NCBI GenBank assembly: GCA_964642835.1 | Contig: CAZXQA010000001.1 | Span: forward strand, 68,219-132,218 | DNA from: an uncultured Candidatus Saccharibacteria bacterium | Lineage (GTDB): Bacteria; Patescibacteriota; Minisyncoccia; Phycocordibacterales; Zambryskibacteraceae | Length of the DNA stretch: 64,000 nucleotides | Reading direction: 5' to 3' | Shown: positions 9,693 to 19,598 of the stretch, piece by piece | Numbering within the stretch: the stretch's first letter is position 1 | How the letters are laid out: each line of letters starts with the position of its first letter | Translations under genes and position numbers: made by a program | The notes under the pieces: model-generated | What the model saw: the letters and a program-made list of their open reading frames with translations, nothing else | What the model was told of the DNA's origin: nothing | Database searches by the model: none

Positions 9693-10982
9693 ATGAGTAA
9701 GTTCCAGTTCGTTCTCCTGGCCGTTTTTGGCTTTTTCATTATTGCGGCAGTGCTCGTCTTCTCTATTTATAGAGGCTCTTCCTCTTCCCAGACGGCGATT
9801 ACCATGTGGGGCGTTCTCCCTTCGGCACAGATGAATAGTCTCTTGAGTAACGCGCCGGTCTTTACGCAAGATAAGACCCTCATCATCCGCTATGTCGAGA
9901 AGAAGGCTTCGACTATTGAAGACGACTTCACCGAGGCGCTCGCCCAAGGAAACGGCCCTGATGTCGTCATCCTCTCGCAGGACGCTTTGTGGCAAGCTCG
10001 TCAGAAACTTATTCAGATCCCGTACAGCAATATTTCCGAAGCTGACTTCAAGGAGACGTTCGCCGAAGGAAGCGAAGTCTTCCTCGCTCCCGAGGGGATC
10101 TACGCTCTGCCGGTGCTCGTCGACCCTATGGTGCTCTATTATAACCGCGATCTCCTTTCCTCCGCTGGCGTAGCGAAGCCGCTTGGTTACTGGGACGAGA
10201 TCTACGCCGCGACGACCAATCTCACTCGTCGAGACGGGGCGGGGAACATTGTGCAGTCGACAATTTCCTTGGGCGAGACCAAGAACATCGCGAATGCCAA
10301 GGATATTCTGGCCCTCCTCCTTCTCCAGGCGGGGACACCTATTACTGAGCTGGTGGGTACGTCTCTTCGCTCGGCGATCACTCAATCGACGGCAGGTGCT
10401 CCTGTGTTGCCGGCGGTTTCCGCGCTCGATTTCTATACTCAATTCGCCAATCCTTCCAAATCTTTCTATAGCTGGAATCGTTCTCTCCCTGATGCTCAGT
10501 CCGCCTTCGCGGCCGGTGAGAGCGCGTATTACTTGGGCTTTGCAAGTGAACTTCCGATTATCCGCGGCAAGTCGCCGACGCTCAACTTTGGTATTGCTTC
10601 CGTTCCCCAATCACGCATCGTGGGGAAGAATGTAACGTACGGCGCTTTCTACGCGGCGACTATTTCTCGCGGGACGAAGAACACGACTGCCGCTCTCTCC
10701 GCCGTCGTGAAGCTCGCTTCCAAGGATGTGGGTGAAGTGCTCTCGGCTGAGCTCGCCCTTCCGCCCGTCCGTCGCGACCTTCTCTCTTTGAAGCAAAGTG
10801 ACGCGACGGGGCCCGTCTTCTACACAGCCGCGCTCCAGGCTCAGGCGTGGGTGGACCCGGATGCGCGGGGGACGGAGGCAAGCTTCCTTAACGCCATTAA
10901 CGCCGTGGTAAGCGGACGCTCGCGCGCGAGCGAGGCGGTGAATACGCTTAATAGCGAGATCGAAGACCTTATCAAAAACTAA
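9693..10982 (+). CDS. extracellular solute-binding protein (family 1, sugar-type), membrane anchored
   Basis: N-terminal TM, GNGPDVV, IYALPV.VDPMVLYYNRDL, FAAGESA. Confidence 0.85.
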   Translation: MSKFQFVLLAVFGFFIIAAVLVFSIYRGSSSSQTAITMWGVLPSAQMNSLLSNAPVFTQDKTLIIRYVEKKASTIEDDFTEALAQGNGPDVVILSQDALWQARQKLIQIPYSNISEADFKETFAEGSEVFLAPEGIYALPVLVDPMVLYYNRDLLSSAGVAKPLGYWDEIYAATTNLTRRDGAGNIVQSTISLGETKNIANAKDILALLLLQAGTPITELVGTSLRSAITQSTAGAPVLPAVSALDFYTQFANPSKSFYSWNRSLPDAQSAFAAGESAYYLGFASELPIIRGKSPTLNFGIASVPQSRIVGKNVTYGAFYAATISRGTKNTTAALSAVVKLASKDVGEVLSAELALPPVRRDLLSLKQSDATGPVFYTAALQAQAWVDPDARGTEASFLNAINAVVSGRSRASEAVNTLNSEIEDLIKN

Positions 10983-10984
10983 TT

Positions 10985-11332
10985 ATGGCAATCCCCGGCT
11001 GGCAACCTCTGACGAATATCTGTGACCCTCTTCTTGGAGTGGGAGTAGTGGGGAAGCTCCCGCGCTGCGACTTCGCCGCTCTTGTGCAGCTTATTAAGAA
11101 TGGCATTTCCGACCTCCTTCTCTTCTCGACACTTCTCCTTGTGGTACTTCTTCTATACGCGGGCTTCGGTCTCGTGACCTCGCAAGGCAATCAGGCTGCC
11201 ATGACAAAGGCCAAGGGCATGCTCTGGAATGTCATTGCGGGCTATGCGATCATTATCTTAGCGTGGACCGTTGTCTACTCGGTCACGAGCGTGTTGCTGA
11301 GTGATAAATTTAACTTCTTCTTAAAAGGCTAG
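10985..11332 (+). CDS. TrbC/VirB2-like pilin 1
   Basis: Two TM helices flanking YAGF..VTSQGN....KAKGML.N.I.G; N-terminal Cys pair. Confidence 0.75.
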   Translation: MAIPGWQPLTNICDPLLGVGVVGKLPRCDFAALVQLIKNGISDLLLFSTLLLVVLLLYAGFGLVTSQGNQAAMTKAKGMLWNVIAGYAIIILAWTVVYSVTSVLLSDKFNFFLKG

Positions 11333-11356
11333 CAGTCCCACTGCCACGATGCTTCA

Positions 11357-11776
11357 ATGAAAAAAACTTTCGCCGCCCTTCTTATCACACTCCCTGCCTT
11401 AGCTCTCTTTGCGCTGCCGGTGTTTGCGCAAAATCCTCCAGGTGGAGGTGGTACTACTCCTCCCGGAGGAGGTGGCACTACCGCGCAACCGATTAGCGTG
11501 AAGGTGACCCTTGAGAACCCTTTTAAGGTAGGCAACAACTTGGTGGATGTGCTTGAAGCGCTCGTGAAGAATGTTCTCATGCCAATCGCCGGCGTTGTCT
11601 GCGTCCTCGCCTTTATCTACGCGGGCTTCACCTATGTGACGGCTGCTGGTGATCCGGGGAAGATTAAGACAGCCCACCGCGCTCTCGGCTACGCAGCTGT
11701 CGGTACCGCCATTCTCCTGGGAGCCTGGGCAATTTCCGAAGCGATCCAAGGCACACTTAACAGTATTATAAAGTAA
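11357..11776 (+). CDS. TrbC/VirB2-like pilin 2
   Basis: Signal peptide, PPGGGGTT x2 linker, LENP, YAGFTYVTAAGDPGKIKTA..AL.YA.VG. Confidence 0.8.
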   Translation: MKKTFAALLITLPALALFALPVFAQNPPGGGGTTPPGGGGTTAQPISVKVTLENPFKVGNNLVDVLEALVKNVLMPIAGVVCVLAFIYAGFTYVTAAGDPGKIKTAHRALGYAAVGTAILLGAWAISEAIQGTLNSIIK

Positions 11777-11778
11777 AT

Positions 11779-12063
11779 ATGACTGCCGCCTTCCATAGCT
11801 TCAAGGAGTTTGTCGATCTCATCTTGGGCTACATCGAGCTCATCACACCTATTGTTGCTTCGCTTGCTCTCCTTGCTTTCTTTTGGGGATTGGCGAAGTT
11901 TATCTTCTCGGCGAGCGAGAAGACAGTAGAAGACGGAAAGAACTTTATGATCTGGGGCGTCGTGGCGCTCTTTGTCATGGTATCCATTTTTGGCATTCTT
12001 CGGTACATGAACGGGGAATTGGGGCTGGGGACATTCGGGGTTCCCTTATTGCCGACGAACTAG
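11779..12063 (+). CDS. TrbC/VirB2-like pilin 3
   Basis: LALLAFFWGLAKFI...GKNFMIWGVVALFVMVSIFG. Confidence 0.75.
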   Translation: MTAAFHSFKEFVDLILGYIELITPIVASLALLAFFWGLAKFIFSASEKTVEDGKNFMIWGVVALFVMVSIFGILRYMNGELGLGTFGVPLLPTN

Positions 12064-12075
12064 CATAATAAAGAT

Positions 12076-12447
12076 ATGAAAAAATTGACATATACCGCCT
12101 TCCTGTCCGCCTTGCTTACAATGCCCGTGCTTGCTTTTGCTGCTACTTCTCAACTTACGAGAACGGGCGGGCTCATTAGAAGAGTAGGAGATCTCATCGA
12201 TATCTCCATCGGTATTGTGGCCGCCATGGCGCTTCTTGCCTTCTTCTGGGGTCTCACGCAGTACATCTACAAGAAAGCGAGTGATCCTAAAGCCGCCGGC
12301 GAAGGTAAGACGCTTATGATTTGGGGAACTATCGCTCTCTTCGTCATGGTCTCGGTCTGGGGTCTGGTCCGCTTCCTCCAAGTTGAATTCGACATCAATG
12401 ATACGAGCAACGTCTCTATCCCGGGATATACGAATTCCATCAGGTAA
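12076..12447 (+). CDS. TrbC/VirB2-like pilin 4
   Basis: Signal peptide; MALLAFFWGL...GKTLMIWGTIALFVMVSVWGLVRF. Confidence 0.75.
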   Translation: MKKLTYTAFLSALLTMPVLAFAATSQLTRTGGLIRRVGDLIDISIGIVAAMALLAFFWGLTQYIYKKASDPKAAGEGKTLMIWGTIALFVMVSVWGLVRFLQVEFDINDTSNVSIPGYTNSIR

Positions 12448-12543
12448 AGAGGGGATAACGGGCGTTGTCTTTCCTCCACGCTCCCGTATCATTAAGGCAT
12501 ACCGTGCAGGTATATTTAGAGGCTTAAACGTAACAATTAAAGA

Positions 12544-12885
12544 ATGAAAAAGTTTATTATCGCCGCGTTGGCAGTCGCTCCGACGATCGCTTCCGCTCAG
12601 CAGCTCGGTAACCTTCAGACGCTTCTCCAGTCAATCGGCCGCCTCATCGACCTCGCCTTGCCGATTGTCGTGGCGCTCGCTCTCCTCGCTTTCTTCTGGG
12701 GTCTCGCGAAGTTTATCTTTGCCGGCGCAGAGTCTGCAGAAGAAGCCAAGAACCTCATGATCTGGGCTGTCGTCGCTCTCTTCGTCATGGTCTCGGTCTG
12801 GGGTCTGGTCCGCTTTATCGGCAACGCCTTCGGCATCCAGCAGGGGGGTAGTGTTGATCTCCCAAGCGTTCAACTTAAGAGCTAA
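12544..12885 (+). CDS. TrbC/VirB2-like pilin 5
   Basis: Signal peptide (ASA-Q); LALLAFFWGLAKFI...AKNLMIWAVVALFVMVSVWGLVRF. Confidence 0.75.
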   Translation: MKKFIIAALAVAPTIASAQQLGNLQTLLQSIGRLIDLALPIVVALALLAFFWGLAKFIFAGAESAEEAKNLMIWAVVALFVMVSVWGLVRFIGNAFGIQQGGSVDLPSVQLKS

Positions 12886-12893
12886 TACGTAGC

Positions 12894-13163
12894 ATGACGT
12901 TCACAAGGCTTTTGAACAATATCAACGAGTTCATCCTGAACCCGATTATTGTTCTAGCCTTTGCGATCGCGCTTCTCTACTTCTTCTGGGGAGTGTACCA
13001 GTTCATCAGTACGGAAGCCGCGGGTAAGGACCGCGCGAAGGGTCAGCAAAAGATTCTCTACGGCATTCTCGGCATGTTCATCATGTTCGCGGCCAAGGGA
13101 CTCATCGGCTTGGTTCTCAATACCTTCGGTATTACTCCGAGTTCCTCCTACATCCAGTTCTAA
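12894..13163 (+). CDS. TrbC/VirB2-like pilin 6
   Basis: IALLYFFWGVYQFI...KGQQKILYGILGMFIM. Confidence 0.7.
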   Translation: MTFTRLLNNINEFILNPIIVLAFAIALLYFFWGVYQFISTEAAGKDRAKGQQKILYGILGMFIMFAAKGLIGLVLNTFGITPSSSYIQF

Positions 13164-13183
13164 CAACTCTTCCCACGCAGAAG

Positions 13184-13215
13184 AAAAGGCGCTCCGCGAA
13201 AGCGGGGCGCCTTTT
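13184..13215. terminator. bidirectional intrinsic terminator
   Basis: AAAAGGCGCTCCGC-GAAA-GCGGGGCGCCTTTT. Confidence 0.8.
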
Positions 13216-13238
13216 GTGTGTGACCACTCGCATGGTAC

Positions 13239-14015
13239 TTAACCCGGAGGTCGGACGGTGACGGTAATATTTTCCGGACGATCCGTCATGGCCTTGAAGG
13301 CGATAGTCCGGATTTTACCTTCTTTCTCCAGGACATCGTCCGATTTCTTTGGAGTGAAGCTGTATTCACTCACCCCATTTACCATGACTTGGAACTGGGA
13401 GTCGTTCTCTCCGTACCAGTCCACCCGCCACCCTCCGAGAGGGAGGCAGTACGTTTCCGTGTAGCCACTCTTCGTGGCAATTACGGGGAACACACCTTGG
13501 CGGTCGGGTACGACCGTGCAGGGTGCGAGGGCTCTGAGGATAACCGTTGGATGAAGCCAGCGGTATCCGTAGTACCCCACGAACCCGACAATCGCGATGA
13601 CCGCGGCCCATTTCAGCGTCTTCTTCACGGGGCTGAGTGTGGGGCGCCATCCCGTTTTTGAGATGACGAGTGCGATCAGCGTGAGTGCCATCACGCTTCC
13701 GATTCCAATCCAGATCCACTTCTGTTCGAAGGGGAGAGACGGGAAGCTGAAGTGGAAGTTCTGCCATGCCGTGTTGATGCGGTAGGCAACGTACGCGACG
13801 AGCAGTACGAGCGCAAGAAGTTGGAATCCCGCCTTCTTGCTGCTGTAGTAGCGTGAGCGTTTGAATGTGCGCCACGCAACCCTGGCTCTTACTCCAGCAC
13901 GCCGTCTTATGTAAGCGAGACGGGGCTTGGCAAGTCGCCGCAGTATCTTCGCTTCGTTGCGAATAAACCCGGGCAACCTTTTTACAACTGTAACAACTCG
14001 TCTCCAAAACTCCAT
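13239..14015 (-). CDS. hypothetical membrane protein (basic N-terminus, 3 TM)
   Basis: GGAGGT SD before M(M)EFWRR; three hydrophobic segments; own TTGACA promoter near 14080. Confidence 0.65.
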   Translation of the reverse strand: MEFWRRVVTVVKRLPGFIRNEAKILRRLAKPRLAYIRRRAGVRARVAWRTFKRSRYYSSKKAGFQLLALVLLVAYVAYRINTAWQNFHFSFPSLPFEQKWIWIGIGSVMALTLIALVISKTGWRPTLSPVKKTLKWAAVIAIVGFVGYYGYRWLHPTVILRALAPCTVVPDRQGVFPVIATKSGYTETYCLPLGGWRVDWYGENDSQFQVMVNGVSEYSFTPKKSDDVLEKEGKIRTIAFKAMTDRPENITVTVRPPG

Positions 14016-14133
14016 CATGCACCTCCAATGTGCAATATATTTCCTATTGTCTATATTAGCATATTTAATAGTATTTGTCAAGTATAGAAAAGCCGGACAC
14101 GTATGAGGTGTCCGGCCGGTATTCCCACGCAGC

Positions 14134-15237
14134 TCATGCTGTCGTGGTGGTGTCTTTCTTCTCACTCAACGGAAGCGGAATGAACGAATTCGCTCCGGGA
14201 GCAAAGACGGTCACCTTTTCGTTGTGCCGATAGGCGTCTGCGAAACTGACGGCGACCGTACGGTCGTTCTCTGCCATCGGCTTCAAAACGCGTTCGAGGC
14301 GGTCCTTGTCTGCCTCGTTCTGCTTCATTGCCGCCTGGTAGACGCCTTCGGCTCTCGTGACTGTTGCATCACGATCGCCTTCGGCATCTCGACGCTTCGC
14401 CTCTGCGGCTGTTTCGGCTTCTTTGATCCGCTTCTCGCCCTCCTTTTTTGCCTTGGTGGGTCCCTCATAGAGGGCGAGATCTGTAGCCGGCATACTCGTC
14501 GAGATGAGAGTGACGCTGCAGATGGTTTTGCCGATCTGGTCGCGCGCTTCATCTTCTGACTTTTCTGCTGCCGTTTCCAGCATCTCCGTGCTTTCCTCAC
14601 TCGGCTTCATGAAGAAGTCGGGTGCTTTGGAGCCGGTGACGGTATTGACGTACTTCTTCACCATGCTAGACAGGACGGTGTTGGCGTCAGCGACCTTGAG
14701 GATCGATCGCACCGGAAAGGTGCATTCCTCAATGATGTTGAAGATAAAGTCGAGTGCAAAGATGTCTGCTGACTCGGCCTCACGAACTGGTATGGCCTGC
14801 TCTCCCGAGAAGGGGACGTACTTGGTGGTGAGGTCATCCGACTTCACGATGAAGTCACCGATGCGGTCCGCTTCGTTGCCTGTCGCCTTCATGTATCGGA
14901 AGCGGCGGATCTTGTTTACGCGCAGCTTACCGAAAAAACCGATCCAGTGAACGCCGAGGAGGATGTAGAGAATTCCTCGTGATTCACGGCCTTTGACGAA
15001 GTACCAGTCCATGACGCTGTTGCCCTTTTTCACAAGGCGTTCGCCAGGGACCGCATGGATGACATTGGTAACATCACCACCACCGTCCTGCATATTTCCG
15101 CTCTCGTTAGCTTTACGAGTAACAAGCGCGAAGCAATTTGCGGGGACGAAGGCGAACCATTTCTCCCGTGATCCGAGAGCTCGAATGCCGACAGCTAAGC
15201 CAGCGAGGAGCATGAGAACAACGACGAGTCCTAACAC
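14134..15237 (-). CDS. SPFH/band-7-like membrane protein
   Basis: N-terminal TM, central domain, Ala/Glu-rich coiled coil (AETAAEAKRRDAEGDRDATVTRAEG). Confidence 0.55.
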   Translation of the reverse strand: MLGLVVVLMLLAGLAVGIRALGSREKWFAFVPANCFALVTRKANESGNMQDGGGDVTNVIHAVPGERLVKKGNSVMDWYFVKGRESRGILYILLGVHWIGFFGKLRVNKIRRFRYMKATGNEADRIGDFIVKSDDLTTKYVPFSGEQAIPVREAESADIFALDFIFNIIEECTFPVRSILKVADANTVLSSMVKKYVNTVTGSKAPDFFMKPSEESTEMLETAAEKSEDEARDQIGKTICSVTLISTSMPATDLALYEGPTKAKKEGEKRIKEAETAAEAKRRDAEGDRDATVTRAEGVYQAAMKQNEADKDRLERVLKPMAENDRTVAVSFADAYRHNEKVTVFAPGANSFIPLPLSEKKDTTTTA

Positions 15238-15349
15238 TGAGCACCCCTTTCTAGGGCAGAATTGTGAACGTACTTCCTCTCTATATTATATCACACTTTA
15301 TGTCTAAAAGTCAAGGGCTGCGAGAGGCGAGGAGAGAAAGGTATACTAT

Positions 15350-15760
15350 ATGTCTTACAAGATAGATTCACGTACAGATATGATTTTCCTCATCGGTAGA
15401 GTGCTCTTCGGCGGTTACTTCCTTTATAATGCGTGGAATCATTTGGCAAACAGCGCCGCGTTGGCTGGATACGCGAAGTTCAAAGGCGTGCCCATGCCTC
15501 GCATGGCCGTGATTGGTTCCGGACTCCTTCTCCTCATTGGCGGCTACGCCATGCTGACGGGTATGCACACGATGCTCGGGGCTTGGGCGCTCGTACTTTT
15601 CTTGGTGCCCGTGACCTTCCAGATGCACGCCTTCTGGAACGAGACTCCGGAGAATCGTCAGACTCAGCAGATCATGTTCGGCAAGAACGTCGCACTCATT
15701 GGCGCGGCGCTCATGATGCTCGCGATCTCCACACCTTGGACCAATACGTTCGGCTTCTAG
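15350..15760 (+). CDS. DoxX family membrane protein
   Basis: LIGRVLFGGYF, MHAFW, FGKNVALIGAAL. Confidence 0.85.
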   Translation: MSYKIDSRTDMIFLIGRVLFGGYFLYNAWNHLANSAALAGYAKFKGVPMPRMAVIGSGLLLLIGGYAMLTGMHTMLGAWALVLFLVPVTFQMHAFWNETPENRQTQQIMFGKNVALIGAALMMLAISTPWTNTFGF

Positions 15761-15778
15761 CCGCGGTATACTGACTGG

Positions 15779-17146
15779 GTGGCGAACAACTCTCCTTGGA
15801 TTCATCAGCTAGACCCGTTGCGCGAGCGACGGGTTTTGGCTGCTGACATCCGCGCGGACGTAGCGGTGGTCGGAGCGGGTATTGCCGGCATCTCGACGGC
15901 GTTCTATTTGTTGAAACATACCGACAAGTCAGTAGCACTTCTGGAAGGCTACAAACTCGCGCATGGCGCGACGGGACACAACGCGGGACAGATGGTGACA
16001 TACTTCGAGCGCCCTTTTAAAGAAATTGTGGCCGAGTTTGGATTGGAAAAGGCGATCGAAGGCCAGCGTGATGTCGAGAGTGCTTGGAAGCTAGCAGAAG
16101 AAATGTACGCAGAAGCAGGCCTCGATATTCCGATGATGCGCTTTACGACCTACAGCGGCCTCTCGACCTTGGAGCAAGTCATCGCGTATCTCGAAGATGC
16201 AGAGTGTTATCGAGCGGGTGGTGCTTTCATCGCTCCTCTTGAGGTGTGGGAGGACGTCCCATTCCTCCATCAGATTCCGGAGAAATATCGGAAACTATTT
16301 ACCCTTATTCCGCGCGAAGAGATTTCCCTTAAACTCGAAACGCTTGATTCTCAATACGTGGCGATTTTTGCCGAAGCGCGCGGGGTAATGAACTCAGCGC
16401 TCTTCTGTCAGGAAGTGGTGCGATATCTTTTGAAGACATATTCGGAGCGTCTTTCTCTCTATGAGCACACACCGGTTGGTAAGGTTATCGTCCACGCCGA
16501 CGGCGTGCTTCTCGATGCGGGTACTCATACTGTTGGAGCAGAACGCGTCGTTCTGTGCACGAACGGCTTTGACCATTTTGATATTCTCACTCCGACCGGG
16601 CTCTCCGTTAATACTCGTTTTCATCATTCTCTCCATGGCGTCATTGGCTTCATGACGGCATATCTTGAGCCGCACACGGGAGTGCCGGCGGCCATCCATT
16701 ACTACCCAGCTACAAAGGAAGGACTCACGGAGACGCCGGGCGAGCCTTACTTCTATGTCACTCGCCGTCCGTATGAATATGAAAAGGGGATGAGCCGTGA
16801 CCTCGTGTGCATCGGCGGACCGGATGTTCACCTGGAGGACCGAGCGAACTATGACCGAGAAAGGGAAATTTCCACCAAGGCTCGCTCGCAGATCGCGGCC
16901 TTCGTCTCGCATACGTATGACAAGAAGGCCGAGCTCGAATACGCCTTTACGTGGCACGGCGTCATGGGATATACCAAGAACATGTTGCGCATGATTGGAC
17001 CGGATCCGACATTTGATCGCTTGTATTACAACTTAGGTTGCAACGGTGTGGGCCTTTTGCCATCGATTTTTGGCGGAGCCAAAGTAGCGCGCCAGATTGG
17101 CGGAGAGATCTTCCCGCCTTCTATTTTCGATATTCCTCTTACGTAA
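15779..17146 (+). CDS. FAD-dependent oxidoreductase (DadA/PuuB-like)
   Basis: VVGAGIAG, GATGHNAG, VVLCTNG, WHGVMGYT, GCNGVG. Confidence 0.85.
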   Translation: MANNSPWIHQLDPLRERRVLAADIRADVAVVGAGIAGISTAFYLLKHTDKSVALLEGYKLAHGATGHNAGQMVTYFERPFKEIVAEFGLEKAIEGQRDVESAWKLAEEMYAEAGLDIPMMRFTTYSGLSTLEQVIAYLEDAECYRAGGAFIAPLEVWEDVPFLHQIPEKYRKLFTLIPREEISLKLETLDSQYVAIFAEARGVMNSALFCQEVVRYLLKTYSERLSLYEHTPVGKVIVHADGVLLDAGTHTVGAERVVLCTNGFDHFDILTPTGLSVNTRFHHSLHGVIGFMTAYLEPHTGVPAAIHYYPATKEGLTETPGEPYFYVTRRPYEYEKGMSRDLVCIGGPDVHLEDRANYDREREISTKARSQIAAFVSHTYDKKAELEYAFTWHGVMGYTKNMLRMIGPDPTFDRLYYNLGCNGVGLLPSIFGGAKVARQIGGEIFPPSIFDIPLT

Positions 17147-17876
17147 CCTTCGGTTCGGTATCCTTCCGCATTTTGCCGAACGGGATATTGTCGTGCACGG
17201 GAGTTTTCCGGATTATTTCCATAATTTCGTCGTGGTTGTCGGTGATGGTGAAGAGGTCGAGGTGGGCGGGGAGAATGGCGTCGTGCGCGAGCTTCTCGTG
17301 CTTGAGCATTTCCAATTTCATAAACTCTTTCAACTTGAGCCAGTACTCGCTACCGACACAGATGAGAGGTACACCGCTAATCTTCTTCGTCTGGATGAGG
17401 GTGATGAGTTCAAAGAATTCGTCGAGCGTGCCGAAGCCGCCGGGATAGAAGATAAAGGCTTCCGCTGCGAAGGCGAGACAGACTTTGCGGGCGAAGAAGT
17501 AGTAGAAGCTCGTACTCTTTTTGAGATAGGGGTTCGTGGGCTGGGTGTCGGGGAGGTCGATCAAGAGCCCGAGCGAGTCGCCACCCACTTCGAAGGCACC
17601 GCGATCCGCCGCTTCCATGATACCGGGCCCGCCGCCCGAGATAACCGAATAGCCGAGTTCGGTGACGAGGCGAGCGGAGAGTTTGCGAGCGTCTTCGTAG
17701 TAGAAGTCGCCTTCGCGGGCTTCGGTTGAGCCGAAGAAGGTGATCGACTTAGGGTAGTCACGGAGGAAGGCGAAGCCTTCGGTGAATTCGCGGGAGATTT
17801 CGGCGACGCGTTCGGCCGCTACTTTCTCCATGGCGGCGCGGGTGAGAAGAGCAGCTTTCTTTAACTCTTGTTCCAT
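17139..17876 (-). CDS. LOG-family (TIGR00730-like) nucleotide phosphoribohydrolase
   Basis: ITFFGS, SGGGPGIMEAA, FFARK, PGGFGTLDE. Confidence 0.92.
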   Translation of the reverse strand: MEQELKKAALLTRAAMEKVAAERVAEISREFTEGFAFLRDYPKSITFFGSTEAREGDFYYEDARKLSARLVTELGYSVISGGGPGIMEAADRGAFEVGGDSLGLLIDLPDTQPTNPYLKKSTSFYYFFARKVCLAFAAEAFIFYPGGFGTLDEFFELITLIQTKKISGVPLICVGSEYWLKLKEFMKLEMLKHEKLAHDAILPAHLDLFTITDNHDEIMEIIRKTPVHDNIPFGKMRKDTEPKVT

Positions 17877-17930
17877 GAGCGTTATTTTAGCACATGGTAT
17901 AATGAACTCATTAGGAGATAACGCATACGA

Positions 17931-18410
17931 ATGAAGAAATTGAACACAGGTGAATGGGTAGCGGTCGGGGTAGGTCTTGCTTTCCTGACGTACCTCTTCT
18001 TCTCGGGCCCATTGATCAACTTATTTAACTTTCCTATGACCGAATCTGAAACATCCGCCACGTTCACTGGTAACGCCGCTCCCTTTACTGTTAAAGACGT
18101 AACGGTAGGTACCGGTAATGTCGCGGCTGCTGGCGATAAGGTGACCGCTCACTACGTTGGTACTCTTTCCGACGGTCGCGTCTTCGATAGCTCGCGTGAT
18201 CGTGGCCTGCCGATCAGCTTTACGCTTGGAACTGGGCAGGTGATCCGTGGTTGGGACGAGGGTATCGCAGGCATGCGTGAAGGCGGCAAGCGCGTCCTCA
18301 CCATTTCTCCTGAATACGGGTACGGCTCTCACGCCTGGGGTACGATCCCGGCCAACTCGACGCTCATCTTTGAAGTGGAGCTCGTGAAGGTGGAGAAGTC
18401 TGCACAATAA
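17931..18410 (+). CDS. FKBP-type peptidyl-prolyl isomerase with N-terminal TM anchor
   Basis: [39 protein letters not shown]. Confidence 0.95.
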   Translation: MKKLNTGEWVAVGVGLAFLTYLFFSGPLINLFNFPMTESETSATFTGNAAPFTVKDVTVGTGNVAAAGDKVTAHYVGTLSDGRVFDSSRDRGLPISFTLGTGQVIRGWDEGIAGMREGGKRVLTISPEYGYGSHAWGTIPANSTLIFEVELVKVEKSAQ

Positions 18411-18418
18411 CGCCGCGC

Positions 18419-19024
18419 ATGGATTTCGACTTCGCGCATCTCCATCACGCCTACCTTGTCGTTGGCAACCGGGAGCGCGCCGAAGCCGAGCTTCACGCTC
18501 TCTTTGAAAGAGCGGGAGAACCCTTGAAGGGGTCTCCCGACTTTTTCGTTCTGCGAGAAGAGACGTTTGGAATTGACGCGGCGCGTTCCCTCTCCGTTCT
18601 TGCCGCGCGTAAGGCCTTCGGTGCACGCAAAGTCTTCTTTGTCATCCCAGAGTCTCTGACGCGCGAAGCTCAGAATGGGTTGCTGAAGACCTTTGAAGAG
18701 CCGGTGGCGGGGACTCACTTCTTCCTTCTTCTCCGTGATGATGGCATGGTCTTGCCGACCCTGCGTTCGCGCGTCCGGGAAATGCGTTTGCGCGGCACTC
18801 TTGAAGAAGAAGAGAATGAGGCGAAGAAATTTCTCAACCTTTCTCTCAAGGATCGCCTCACCTTCGTTAAAAATTTTGTTGACAATGAAAAGAACCTCTC
18901 TGCCTTCCTCGACGACCTCCTTCTCTACTCTCGGGATAAGCGTGTGCATGAGGTGCGTCTTCTTTCCGACGAGCGAGCCGCTTCCTCTCGCCTTATTCTC
19001 GAACACCTGGCAGTAGTGCTATAA
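18419..19024 (+). CDS. holB: DNA polymerase III delta-prime subunit-like (short)
   Basis: HHAYL, EAQNGLLKTFEEP, LPTLRSR. Confidence 0.75.
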   Translation: MDFDFAHLHHAYLVVGNRERAEAELHALFERAGEPLKGSPDFFVLREETFGIDAARSLSVLAARKAFGARKVFFVIPESLTREAQNGLLKTFEEPVAGTHFFLLLRDDGMVLPTLRSRVREMRLRGTLEEEENEAKKFLNLSLKDRLTFVKNFVDNEKNLSAFLDDLLLYSRDKRVHEVRLLSDERAASSRLILEHLAVVL

Positions 19025-19031
19025 TCCGGTT

Positions 19032-19583
19032 ATGGCATACAACTTTTCACCTTTTAAACAGGGCGCCGAGGCAACGTATGAGTGGCTTAAGAAAGAATAC
19101 CTGGGGATTCGCTCTGGGCAGGCAACGCCTGGCATTCTCGACTCCGTGCGAGTCGACATGTACGGCTCGAAGATGCCCGTTAGCCAGGTGGCTTCCGTGA
19201 CCACGGAAGGAGCGAAGTCCTTGCGCGTGACGCCGTGGGATAAGGGGGCCGTGAAGGCTTTGGACGCGGCCATCCGCGAAGCCAACCTCGGCGTCTCCGT
19301 GGCGGTGGATGATCAGGGTTTACGCATTGCTTTCCCGGACTTAACGGCCGATCGACGCGACGGCCTCTTGAAGCTTGCGAAGGCGAAGCTCGAGGAAGCA
19401 CGCGTGCGTGTCCGTGGTGAGCGCGAGAAGGTCATGAACGATGCCGACAAGCAAGAGAAATCGGGCACCATGAGTAAGGACGACGTTTTCCGCACCAAGC
19501 AAGATTTGCAAAAGCAGGTCGACGAAACGAACAAAAAGCTCGAGGATCTCTTCGACAAGAAGGAGAAGGAAATTCTTTCTTAA
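19032..19583 (+). CDS. frr: ribosome recycling factor
   Basis: IRSGQATP.ILD, VTPWDK, FPDLTADRR, KKEKEIL. Confidence 0.96.
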   Translation: MAYNFSPFKQGAEATYEWLKKEYLGIRSGQATPGILDSVRVDMYGSKMPVSQVASVTTEGAKSLRVTPWDKGAVKALDAAIREANLGVSVAVDDQGLRIAFPDLTADRRDGLLKLAKAKLEEARVRVRGEREKVMNDADKQEKSGTMSKDDVFRTKQDLQKQVDETNKKLEDLFDKKEKEILS

Positions 19584-19598
19584 CCAGGTTGTCACACG

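Noticed and set aside
11433-11482. PPGGGGTT tandem repeat as a contingency or DGR locus
   Set aside because: Two copies with synonymous differences; a simple low-complexity linker, and no reverse transcriptase in the window.
17139-17876. LOG protein as the SLOG partner of the TIR system
   Set aside because: It is 37 kb away in a housekeeping context and looks like the ordinary TIGR00730-type enzyme.
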